Below, piece after piece: positions 10,529 through 19,179 of a DNA stretch of 64,000 nucleotides (positions within the stretch are counted from its first letter, which is position 1; each line of letters starts with the position of its first letter). Origin of the DNA: Vicinamibacterales bacterium (GTDB lineage Bacteria; Acidobacteriota; Vicinamibacteria; Vicinamibacterales; SCN-69-37). The notes under the pieces were generated by a model. The model was not told where the DNA came from and ran no database searches. It saw nothing but the letters and a program-made list of their open reading frames with translations. Location of the stretch: the NCBI GenBank assembly GCA_035606665.1, contig DATNEY010000027.1:133787-197786 (forward strand), read 5' to 3'. The position numbers and the translations under genes are program-made.

Positions 10529-11302
10529 TAAATCCCCACTCTTGCTGCTTCTTAGACGCGTCTCAGTCAGAAACGGGCGAAAAGTTGTCGCATCCTAGCA
10601 CAACTCCTTCGTCGTCAATGGGTACCGGCGATCATCGCCGTCGAGGCACATACCTCAATACGACCCAACTGCAAGAGTCGTGTCACTTTTGGAGGCGCCT
10701 GATCTCACTGCCGGCCCGGCATCTGACGCGGGCGGACCTCTCAGCGCCGTGCGCGATTACGTTTGCGTCGCTGAGGCGACGAGGATGTGCGTTCCGCCTC
10801 CCCGCCGGCCATCGTCAAGACGTCGTCGCATCCAAGTGTTTGGGGTCAGGAATCCAGCAGAGGGGCAGAACTGACACAGATCCCCAAAGAAGTTTCAGGA
10901 CGATCGGCTGAGATTCCTCGGATGATCGATTGAACTCACACCACGTTCAAGATCGTCTATTCCGGCATACCGATTGCAATGCCGTTCGCAGAGGGATTCG
11001 ATGAGTCTTGTGCGCTTGCTCGGGTTCACGACGATGGGATGCGGCTGTGTATCAGGCCGATATCGCGACGTCGGGACGAACCGCGAGGTGACGTACATCG
11101 AAGAGAAGGGCACCGGCTGCGCAAACTCCAGCCATCAGCGTAACCAGCCCGTCAGCGCCGACCGTGTCGCCCACGGATTCAGCGCGCCGGGTCTCCGGGC
11201 CTCTTAGGGCGGGGGCTTCGCCTCCACCCCCCGACGCGCACTTCACACTTCTGCCCAGCGGTCCCTGTACCGCTCGTACACTTCGTCCGACATTCTTCCC
11301 GT

Positions 11303-12187
11303 ATGGCTTTGGCATTGGTGTCGCGGCGTGCGCCGCGGCCGCATTCCGAGCTGCGGGTCGGCCGGTCTACCCTGCGCTTTTATCACGGTGACTGCACCGA
11401 GGTCCTTCCCGAGCTCGAGGCTGCAACTATCGGCGTAGTCGTGACTTCCCCGCCTTACAACCTCGGGATCAAGTACCGGACCTACAAGGATGACCTCACC
11501 CGGCGCGAGTACCTGAACTGGACCGATCGATGGATTCGAGCAGTGACCAGGCTCATGGCGCCGAAGGCCTCACTGTTCCTGAACGTCGGCGCCAAACCCA
11601 CGGATCCCTGGGTTGCGCTGGAGGTCGCTCAGGTCGCGCGGCGCCGGCTGAAGCTCCAGAACACGATCCACTGGGTGAAATCGATCGCCATCGACCGTGA
11701 GGCCGCCGGGGCCGGCAGCCCGATTGACCGGGACGTCGCAGTGGGACACTACAAGCCCATCAACAGCGACCGATTCGTGAACGACTGTCACGAGTACATC
11801 TTTCACTTCACGCCCGGGGGGAAGACCCGGCTGGACCGCAAGGCGGTCGGCGTCCCCTACCAGGATCCTTCGAACATCGCGCGATGGGCGGCTGCCGGCG
11901 AGGGCCTGCGGTGCCGCGGCAACACCTGGTTCATTCCGTACGAGACCATCCAGAGCCGCGATCGCGATCGTCCACACCCGGCTTCGTTTCCGCCGAAGAT
12001 TCCCGAGCAGTGCGCACGCCTCCACGGCCTCGACCGCGTCGGCGTGATGCTGGATCCATTCCTCGGATTGGGTTCGAGCGCCGTCGCTGCCCTGCGGTTG
12101 GGCATCGACTTCGTTGGCGTCGAGCTCGACGACTACTACCTGCGCGAAGCCGTCAAGCGCGTGAAGTCAGCGGCGTCCAGTACTTAG
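11303..12187 (+). CDS. Site-specific DNA methyltransferase (N4-C/N6-A, beta class); apparently orphan
   Basis: The catalytic VVTSPPYNL precedes the SAM-binding VMLDPFLGLGSSAVAA. No intact endonuclease gene is adjacent. Confidence 0.85.
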   Translation: MALALVSRRAPRPHSELRVGRSTLRFYHGDCTEVLPELEAATIGVVVTSPPYNLGIKYRTYKDDLTRREYLNWTDRWIRAVTRLMAPKASLFLNVGAKPTDPWVALEVAQVARRRLKLQNTIHWVKSIAIDREAAGAGSPIDRDVAVGHYKPINSDRFVNDCHEYIFHFTPGGKTRLDRKAVGVPYQDPSNIARWAAAGEGLRCRGNTWFIPYETIQSRDRDRPHPASFPPKIPEQCARLHGLDRVGVMLDPFLGLGSSAVAALRLGIDFVGVELDDYYLREAVKRVKSAASST

Positions 12188-12190
12188 CGT

Positions 12191-13459
12191 CTAGCGCTTG
12201 ATGCGGTAGACCGGCGGGTACGACACCTCCAGCCCCGGCCGTTTCACCTTGATTTCCAGCTTCCGAGTGACCTTGAGCGGGTCCGGATTGCTGGAGGTGT
12301 AGCCAAGAATGTAGTAGTCGCTCATCTCGTTGTCGATGACCTGCAGCCGCTTCTTGAACTCATTCGTATTGCAGATGCAGAAGCCGCCAGTCTCGTCGCC
12401 CAGAACCTTGAGCGAACTCACCGACGTCTCGACAAACGAGCGCCACTCCTCAGTGGAGAGATTCACGTTGATGTCGGGCCCGGCGATCAGCCCACGCGGG
12501 TCGATCGTGTAGAACGTGACGTTGGCGCGGCGGGCAGCGCGCGTGAGCTCGGCAAGCGCCGCGATCAGGTCAGACTCCGCGAACTGCTGACCGTTCTTGT
12601 CGAACGGGTTGTCGAAGCGGTTCAGGTCCTCATTGGAGAGTTCCCGCGACGGATTGTTGGGATCCTCGTTCCGCGTGCCGCCCGCCTGGCCGTACATTTC
12701 CTGCATGGCCTTGAACCGGGCATTCTTGAACGGGTTGAAATCGTATCCGCCGCTCACATAGATGAACGCTTTCCGGCGGTTCTTGATCTTCTCAACCTGC
12801 TCGAGCGTGTCGTACGCGGTCGAGAACGCGACCATCGCGTTGTGACGCAGGCCCGCCGGGCCTTCCTGAGTCTGGGCGGCGTTGATGATCTCCGTGACCG
12901 TCATCCCGCTGCCCATCGTCTTCTTAATGGCTTCGTTGAAGCGGGCCTTCTTGTAGTCGTAGGTCAGGGTGGTGGCAATCGACGAAAACCCTGTCGAGAC
13001 CAGGGCAATCAGGTCGTTCTCGTGGATGACCGTGTCCCGGATGTCCTCGAGAACCTTGCGCGCCTTGATCGAGTCCAGCGGCTGCAGGTGCATGTCATCG
13101 ATGAGGATGATGAAGATGCGGCCCGACTGGTCCGTAATCGGTTTCTGCGGTGGGAGGATGAGGCCCTCGCTCACCGGCGCGACAGTCGGCACCATCTCGT
13201 TCATGATGCGGCCGCCGTTCGACAGCACGAAGTAGGACAGGGTCTGGAGCACCCCGTCCTCGTAGATTTCAAAGTCCTTGATTGTCAGGTCCGGGACGAA
13301 CTTCCCGGTCTTGTCGCGAACCCTGACGTCGGTTGTGACCGCGTCAGTCGTCGATCTGAACGTCGGCGGCTTCTGGGCCTGCTGGGCTGACACCAGCGTC
13401 ACCGCCAGTATCGGCAGCGCCAGCCGGACGATCCAGGCTCTGGTCGTGGGGATTCTCAT
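12191..13459 (-). CDS. VWA domain protein (acidobacterial VWFA-related family, TIGR03436-like)
   Basis: Signal peptide, then FRSTTDAVTTDVRVRDKTGKFVPDLTIKDFEIYEDGVLQ, then a VWA core (IFIILIDDMH...). Confidence 0.85.
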   Translation of the reverse strand: MRIPTTRAWIVRLALPILAVTLVSAQQAQKPPTFRSTTDAVTTDVRVRDKTGKFVPDLTIKDFEIYEDGVLQTLSYFVLSNGGRIMNEMVPTVAPVSEGLILPPQKPITDQSGRIFIILIDDMHLQPLDSIKARKVLEDIRDTVIHENDLIALVSTGFSSIATTLTYDYKKARFNEAIKKTMGSGMTVTEIINAAQTQEGPAGLRHNAMVAFSTAYDTLEQVEKIKNRRKAFIYVSGGYDFNPFKNARFKAMQEMYGQAGGTRNEDPNNPSRELSNEDLNRFDNPFDKNGQQFAESDLIAALAELTRAARRANVTFYTIDPRGLIAGPDINVNLSTEEWRSFVETSVSSLKVLGDETGGFCICNTNEFKKRLQVIDNEMSDYYILGYTSSNPDPLKVTRKLEIKVKRPGLEVSYPPVYRIKR

Positions 13460-14138
13460 TACGATCTCCGTCGTCAGCCATTATGCCAGACGCCCCACCT
13501 GGGCCGGTCTCGCGGGCGTGCTCGTGACGATGGCGACCGCCGCGCCTGCCTCGGCGCCGGGACGGCAGCACCGAAGCCAAAGCATCCAGCTCCGCATCGA
13601 TAGACGCCACCCGTTCGCGGATGGCCGCCTCGTCCAACCAGCTGTCCGGGTTGAGGGGTCGCGCCCGCTCCAGCAGGGCCTCGCGCTCTTCGGGTGTCCG
13701 CGAGCGCCTGGCGATCCGCTGACTGACTTCGCCGAACCTCCCGCGCAGTCGAGCCGCGGTTGACGCGCCCAGCGTCCTGCCCAGAATCGAGTGGTCCTCG
13801 GGCAACGCCTGAGGAGTCGGAGGAGCCTGCGGCGCCGGAGGAACTTGCGGCGCCGGCCGAGGCCGCTGGGGCCGCTGCTGCTGTGGCGGTGGATCCGGTC
13901 GACTCACGACTGCGTCGCGCGTGAGTGCGTTCCAGTCAAAGTTGAGGTCTGGATGCGTGTGCTCGAGCGCCTCCCGCACCTCCGCGTCAAGGACCCGGCG
14001 GCCCACTCGCAGATTGCCCGGCGTTCGAAAGACGTACAACACACGCGGGCGCTGGTGCCCGGAACCGGGCCGCCCATTGTGCAGAACGCACGTCTGTTCA
14101 AAACCTCGCTTGTCGCGGGTCTGCCGAATGAAGGGCAC
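13344..14138 (-). CDS. Hypothetical protein (Pro/Gln-rich linker, Arg-rich C-terminal part)
   Basis: 264-aa ORF with no recognised domain. Its 3' end overlaps the VWA gene start by 116 nt. Confidence 0.45.
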   Translation of the reverse strand: MPFIRQTRDKRGFEQTCVLHNGRPGSGHQRPRVLYVFRTPGNLRVGRRVLDAEVREALEHTHPDLNFDWNALTRDAVVSRPDPPPQQQRPQRPRPAPQVPPAPQAPPTPQALPEDHSILGRTLGASTAARLRGRFGEVSQRIARRSRTPEEREALLERARPLNPDSWLDEAAIRERVASIDAELDALASVLPSRRRGRRGGRHRHEHARETGPGGASGIMADDGDRNENPHDQSLDRPAGAADTGGDAGVSPAGPEAADVQIDD

Positions 14139-14141
14139 TAC

Positions 14142-14777
14142 TTACTTCTTCTTCTTTATCTTCGCTGGCTTTGCTGGTTTCTTTGCCACCTTCGCGGGCT
14201 TCGGCGGCTTGGCCTTGGGTGCCGCCTTGGCCTTGGCCGGTTTCGCTTCCTTCGGCGCAGCCACGGCTTTTGCCACGGGCGCGGGTTTCGCTACCGGCGC
14301 GGCCTTCACAGCGGCTGAGACCGCCGAGGTGTCGTGATGGATTCGTACGAGATCGAATCCGTCGTGAGTCGGCCGATAGGTCCAGATTTCCGACGGCCGC
14401 GCCCCGTTAGCCTCGCACAGCCGCCGCGCCGCGTCATAGCCGGGCACCGGTACATAAAGGTGGAACGGCACGCGGGCCTTTGAGAAATGGGTCCACTGTG
14501 CCATCGCCTCGAGATTGTTGACGGACTCACCAGTCTCAACTTCGACCAGACCGGCGAGCTTCTTGCCGGCGGTCAGGACGAGATCGGGAAAGAACGTACC
14601 CTCGCCAATCTTGACGGGGACGACGCGCTCGTCACCGACGTTGATTGCTGCCTCGAGTTTTCGCTTGTACCGTGCCTGCAGGAATCGAATCAGGCGGTCG
14701 TGTTCGAGTTGTTCACGAACCGGCCGCACAAAAATGGGCGACAAACAGCCTCCCGTTGCCCGATATCCTAGCACCAT
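14142..14777 (-). CDS. Hypothetical protein; possible PD-(D/E)xK-like core with a histone H1-like Ala/Lys/Pro tail
   Basis: FFPDLVL...GLVEVETGES resembles a nuclease-fold core but no clear K is present. The C-terminus is AAPVAKPAPVAKAVAAPKEAKPAKAKAAPKAKPPKPAKVAKKPAKPAKIKKKK. Confidence 0.5.
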   Translation of the reverse strand: MVLGYRATGGCLSPIFVRPVREQLEHDRLIRFLQARYKRKLEAAINVGDERVVPVKIGEGTFFPDLVLTAGKKLAGLVEVETGESVNNLEAMAQWTHFSKARVPFHLYVPVPGYDAARRLCEANGARPSEIWTYRPTHDGFDLVRIHHDTSAVSAAVKAAPVAKPAPVAKAVAAPKEAKPAKAKAAPKAKPPKPAKVAKKPAKPAKIKKKK

Positions 14778-14818
14778 TCTTGAAGCCGACCTGCTCCGGG
14801 AGTGCCATAATTCCCACC

Positions 14819-15193
14819 GTGGCGAGGCTGCTGCTGATCGATGACGACCCGGCGGTGAGTCTCACCCTCTCCCGCATGCTCGAATTCCGCGGGCACCGGG
14901 TCACGCGGATTGAATCCGCCGAAACCGGCCTTCTGGTAGCCGTCGATGCGCCCCCGGATGCAATCATCCTGGACATGAAGATGCCGCAGATGGGTGGCCT
15001 GGAGTTCCTCAGGCGTCTTCGGACCTCCCCAGGGCTCGGCCGGTTGCCGGTCGGCGTGATCACCGGCGACTACTTCCTGGGCGAAGCCGTTCTGCAGGAA
15101 TTGGGGCAACTGGGTGCGTCGGTCCGGTACAAACCGATTCGTATGCAGGATCTCGAGGCGCTCACCGCGCAGCTCCTCGCATCAGCGACATAG
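14819..15193 (+). CDS. Single-domain response regulator (CheY-like receiver)
   Basis: LLLIDDDPAVS...DAIILDMKMPQMGG...VITG...KP. I place the start at the in-frame GTG 14819; the track ORF begins at 14645. Confidence 0.8.
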   Translation: MARLLLIDDDPAVSLTLSRMLEFRGHRVTRIESAETGLLVAVDAPPDAIILDMKMPQMGGLEFLRRLRTSPGLGRLPVGVITGDYFLGEAVLQELGQLGASVRYKPIRMQDLEALTAQLLASAT

Positions 15194-15208
15194 CCCGGCA
15201 AGGCTGCC

Positions 15209-16123
15209 GTGACTCCACGCCCGATCCAGATCATCGGCGTTCCACTCGACCTCGGCGGCGCACGCCGCGGCGTCGATATGGGGCCGTCCGCCGTCCGCAT
15301 CGCCGGTCTCGGCGAGCGACTGACGGCAATGGGCTTCAAAGTCGCCGACAAGGGCAATCTTGACGCCCCAATCCCGGAAACCCGCGAAGAGCGGGATCCG
15401 AAGAAGAAATACGTGCGCGAGATCGCGCGCGTCTGTCAGAAGCTTTATCAGCAGACCTACAGGGCCATTGAAGGCGGCGCCATCCCGATCGTGCTGGGCG
15501 GCGATCACTCACTGGCCGCCGGATCAGCCGGCGCCTCCGCCGATCACGCCGCCTCACGCGGGAAGGAGATCGGCCTGCTCTGGGTGGATGCGCACGGCGA
15601 CATGAATACGCCCGCATCGACCTCTACCGGGAACGTGCACGGCATGCCGCTCGCGGCGCTGCTCGGCCCCGAACCAGCCGAGCTCTCGCGCCTCGGCGGG
15701 CGCTCCCCGAAGGTGCGCGCGGACAAGACCGTGCTCATCGGTATCCGGAATCTCGATCCGCCGGAGAAGGCGCGCATCCTCGAGGCTGGGGTCCACGTCT
15801 TCACGATGAAGGACATCGACCGCGACGGTATTGCGAAGGTGATGGAGCGGGCACTCGCGATCGCCGCCACGGACACCGACGGCATCCACGTGTCGTTCGA
15901 CGTCGATGTCTGCGACCCCTCGATTGCGCCCGGCGTCGGCACGCCAGTCAAGGGCGGCCTCAACTATCGCGAGGCCCACATGGTGATGGAAATGGTCGCC
16001 GACTCAGGCTGCCTGAAGGCACTCGACATCGTCGAAATCAACCCGATCCTCGACACGCAGAACCAGACAGCGATTCTTGGCACCGAGCTGGTACTGTCAG
16101 CCTTCGGACAGCGAATCATCTAA
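15209..16123 (+). CDS. rocF: Arginase
   Basis: GGDHSLA, DAHGDMNTP and SFDVDVCDP metal-binding blocks of the ureohydrolase family. Arginase-like N-terminus IGVPLDLG. Confidence 0.9.
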   Translation: MTPRPIQIIGVPLDLGGARRGVDMGPSAVRIAGLGERLTAMGFKVADKGNLDAPIPETREERDPKKKYVREIARVCQKLYQQTYRAIEGGAIPIVLGGDHSLAAGSAGASADHAASRGKEIGLLWVDAHGDMNTPASTSTGNVHGMPLAALLGPEPAELSRLGGRSPKVRADKTVLIGIRNLDPPEKARILEAGVHVFTMKDIDRDGIAKVMERALAIAATDTDGIHVSFDVDVCDPSIAPGVGTPVKGGLNYREAHMVMEMVADSGCLKALDIVEINPILDTQNQTAILGTELVLSAFGQRII

Positions 16124-16140
16124 GATTGAGGGTCTCGGGC

Positions 16141-16215
16141 GGGCCGCTAGCTCAGGGGTAGAGCACCTGGCTTTTAACCAGAGGGTCGCAGGTTCGATTC
16201 CTGCGCGGCCCACCA
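16141..16215 (+). tRNA. tRNA-Lys (anticodon UUU), CCA encoded
   Basis: Hand-folded cloverleaf: acceptor GGGCCGC/GCGGCCC, D arm GCTC/GAGC, anticodon stem CCTGG/CCAGA with loop CUUUUAA, T arm GCAGG-TTCGATT-CCTGC, then ACCA. Confidence 0.9.
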
Positions 16216-16333
16216 ATACGCACGGCCTCATTTGGCACTCGTCTCGACACCGATACCCGCCACCGGCGCCCTGGCCGTCCTCGGCCTGCTGGCCGTGCTG
16301 GCCGTCGAGCGCGAAGGGGTTAACGGAACGAGT

Positions 16334-17377
16334 TCAGCGGCCGTTGGCGCGCAGCATCCGATAGTGCGATCGGAGTGCGGCGCCGAACGTATCGTGCAGG
16401 TGATAGGCCACGCCACGCTCCGCACAGATCCGCTGCACGACCGGCGCGATGCGCGGGTAGTGCACGTGCGAGATCCGCGGAAACAGGTGGTGCTCGATCT
16501 GGAAATTCAGTCCGCCGACGAAGGCGCCCAGCACCCGGGACCGCGGAGCAAAGTTCATCGTCGTCGCAATCTGATGCACGGCCCACTCGTCGGCCGCCGC
16601 GCCCGCGTAGAACGCGGTGTCCTCGACGCAGTGCGCGAGCTGGAACACCACGCTCAGCGTGAGACCGACGACCACTGAGGTGAGCAGGTAGAACGTCAGC
16701 GCGAACGGGACCCCGTGCACGAGCGACGGCACGACGAACGTGGTGATGAAGAACGCCGCCTTGCCGGTCACGAACATCACGAGCTCGAGCCCCCGGGGGC
16801 GCGGCAGCGGCATGTCGCCGATCCGGCCCCGCAGGACATCCCGGAAGTCATCGACGAAGTGCCACTTCAGCGGGAGCAGGGCGTACAGGAACCACAGGTA
16901 GACATGCTGATAGCGATGGACCCAGTGTCTCTGCTGAAACTCCGCGAGGCGGCCGATTGGTGCGATCTCGATGTCACTGTCCACGCCGCCGATGTTCGGA
17001 TAGGTGTGGTGATAGACGTTGTGCTTCCAGCGCCAGACGTACGAACTCCCGCCCAGCAGATCCAGTGAGAACGCCGCCAAGCGGTTGACGAAGCGGACGC
17101 GCGACAGCGACTCGTGGCCACCGTCGTGCTGGACGTTGAAGCCGATGGCCGCCAGCAGGAGGCCGAACGGCAGGGCGAGCACCAGCGCCACCCACCCGGA
17201 CAGGGAGAGGTAGGCGGCATAGAGCGCGATCGTCGCGGCGACAATCACGGCGATCTTGGCGTAGATGGCCGGAGGGTCACGCGGCTCGTCGGCCGCAATC
17301 TCCTGGTGAACGGCCGCACGGAGCGCCGTGTAGAAGCCGCTGTGCGGCGGAAACTGCGGCGCGCGGCGGGCCGTCAC
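16334..17377 (-). CDS. Membrane fatty-acid desaturase, front-end type (QxxHH third His box)
   Basis: His boxes HDGGH, HNVYHH and QIEHH, with multiple TM segments. Confidence 0.85.
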   Translation of the reverse strand: MTARRAPQFPPHSGFYTALRAAVHQEIAADEPRDPPAIYAKIAVIVAATIALYAAYLSLSGWVALVLALPFGLLLAAIGFNVQHDGGHESLSRVRFVNRLAAFSLDLLGGSSYVWRWKHNVYHHTYPNIGGVDSDIEIAPIGRLAEFQQRHWVHRYQHVYLWFLYALLPLKWHFVDDFRDVLRGRIGDMPLPRPRGLELVMFVTGKAAFFITTFVVPSLVHGVPFALTFYLLTSVVVGLTLSVVFQLAHCVEDTAFYAGAAADEWAVHQIATTMNFAPRSRVLGAFVGGLNFQIEHHLFPRISHVHYPRIAPVVQRICAERGVAYHLHDTFGAALRSHYRMLRANGR

Positions 17378-18927
17378 GCGTGCCCCACGGCGCGAACGGG
17401 TTGATAGCGCGCGTCAAGGAGATCGTCCGCCGTGTCCGCGCTCAACTCGCCCCCGATCGTCGTGATGGGCGTCGGCTGGAAGTGATGAACGTACCGGGCG
17501 TCCACCGGAAGCCGTGGCGTGTAGACGCAATCGAGCCGATCGGTCGTGCTGACATGGGTGCGGGCCTGCTTCCGGACCAGGACGTTGCGCGGATCGGCGA
17601 ACGCGCTGGGCGAATACAGGCTCGCCATCGACGCGGACGACACGAGCTTCTGCGTCGCGGTCAGGCAGTGCCGATAGCGCCACAGAAAACGGGCCTGGTG
17701 ACGGACGAGCGCCTGCCGGAAGCCGTGGAAGTACTTCAGGCGTCGGATGGCGGCGCCGACCTCATCGATGCCGTCGAGCGGCTGGAGCGAGAGCGTCGAG
17801 CCCTCGAGATCGCGCGCCTTCGTGTTCGGCAGGATCCTCCGCTCGGCCAGCCGCTCATGGAAGAACGGGGTCCCGGGGAACGGAATGGCGAGGAAGATGA
17901 AGTTCGGCGGCGGAATCTCCGGCGAGTCGCAGATGAGATCGAGCTCGCCCTCGAGATCGGCGATCCGGCGTTCGGTCGGGTCGAAGACGATGCCGTACTG
18001 GAAGAGGATGCCGGCCCTGATGCAGCGCGCGATGAGCTCCACCTGCGAGAACCGCGGCGACGCGTTCTGGGTCTTGTTGACGCGGCGCAGCCAGGCGGTG
18101 TCGAACGACTCGACGCCGATGAAAAGTGAGATGCAGCCGGCTTCCCGGGCCAGGGTCAGGTTCTCCTCGTCCCACAGGAGGGTATTCGTGCAGATGGCGC
18201 TCCAGGGCCCCATCCGTCCGCTGGCCCGCAGCTCGCGGAGCAGCGCCATGCGCTCGACGAAGAACGCGCGGTCCGGACCGTAGAACTGGTTGTCCACGAA
18301 CAGCACGGCGCGCCGCCGGCCAAGCGCGTCGAGTTGCTGGCGGAGCGCCGCCATCGACTGCTTCTGATAGCGCCCGCCCTCGCCGGTCAGCGAGCAGAAG
18401 CTGCAGCGGAAGTTGCAGTTCCGGCTCGATTCGGCGTAGCCGACCGATCCAATCCAGTCGGCGAGATCGTAGCGTGGCGTCATCCGGTCGGCGACCGCGG
18501 CGGCGCCCCACACGTCGCGAACGACACCGCACAGCTCCTCGACATCGCCGACGCAGACGTAGTCGAAGAACTGGCGCGAGTACCGGCGGAACGCGCGGAT
18601 GGCCTGTCCGCCCGCGACCAGCACCACCCTCGGATTCGCGGTGCGGAAGTACGCGGCGAGTTGCTTCAGGCGATCGAACGAGGCAATCAGACCCGTCAGG
18701 ACCACCATATCGGGCCACTGCACCAGGCCCGGCTCGAAGACCTCCAGGAACCCGCTCGACACCTCGTTGTAGATGCGGACCTCGCACGTGCCCGGCGCGA
18801 ACGCGCCGGCGAGCAGGATTGGCGCGAGCGTGTTCGGGATCTCGCGCGTCAGCCGGACAGGCTCGCGCGTCTCGGGCAGGTAACCGTTGACGATGAGGAC
18901 GCGCTTCTTCAGCGCGGACGCGGCCAT
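17374..18927 (-). CDS. B12-binding-domain radical SAM enzyme (class B-like)
   Basis: N-terminal Rossmann-like cobalamin-type domain (VVLTGLIASF...VLVAGGQAI), then SSRNCNFRCSFCS (CxxxCxxC). Its stop overlaps the desaturase start by 4 nt. Confidence 0.85.
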   Translation of the reverse strand: MAASALKKRVLIVNGYLPETREPVRLTREIPNTLAPILLAGAFAPGTCEVRIYNEVSSGFLEVFEPGLVQWPDMVVLTGLIASFDRLKQLAAYFRTANPRVVLVAGGQAIRAFRRYSRQFFDYVCVGDVEELCGVVRDVWGAAAVADRMTPRYDLADWIGSVGYAESSRNCNFRCSFCSLTGEGGRYQKQSMAALRQQLDALGRRRAVLFVDNQFYGPDRAFFVERMALLRELRASGRMGPWSAICTNTLLWDEENLTLAREAGCISLFIGVESFDTAWLRRVNKTQNASPRFSQVELIARCIRAGILFQYGIVFDPTERRIADLEGELDLICDSPEIPPPNFIFLAIPFPGTPFFHERLAERRILPNTKARDLEGSTLSLQPLDGIDEVGAAIRRLKYFHGFRQALVRHQARFLWRYRHCLTATQKLVSSASMASLYSPSAFADPRNVLVRKQARTHVSTTDRLDCVYTPRLPVDARYVHHFQPTPITTIGGELSADTADDLLDARYQPVRAVGHA

Positions 18928-19179
18928 CGCAGACTTCCAGGCCCGCGCAGCGCACTATTCCGGGCTACGCCGCATGTGTGAGAGACGAGACCAGGCTGCT
19001 GGCCGTCACGGAGTTCTCTTGGCGTGGCGGCTGGTTTCTCCGCTCTCAGCTTCGAGTCGTTGAACGCGGTAGTGGTTCGTCGCGGCATGACCCAGGCACA
19101 CTCTAGGCACAAAACCCAGGGATGGCAAGAACGATGACGCCAAGCACTGAAGCGCCATATATCGAGTTCTTAGGCCTAG

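Noticed and set aside
10895-11113. 72-aa minus ORF upstream of the DNA methyltransferase as its restriction-endonuclease partner
   Set aside because: It is too short and has no recognisable nuclease motif. It is kept only as a possible gene remnant in the finding on the orphan methyltransferase.
17855-18955. 366-aa minus ORF and 254-aa plus ORF (18126..18890) inside the radical SAM gene
   Set aside because: They are off-frame or antisense products with extreme Arg/Pro/Gly content, typical of high-GC DNA. The 517-aa frame carries the CxxxCxxC and B12-like domains.
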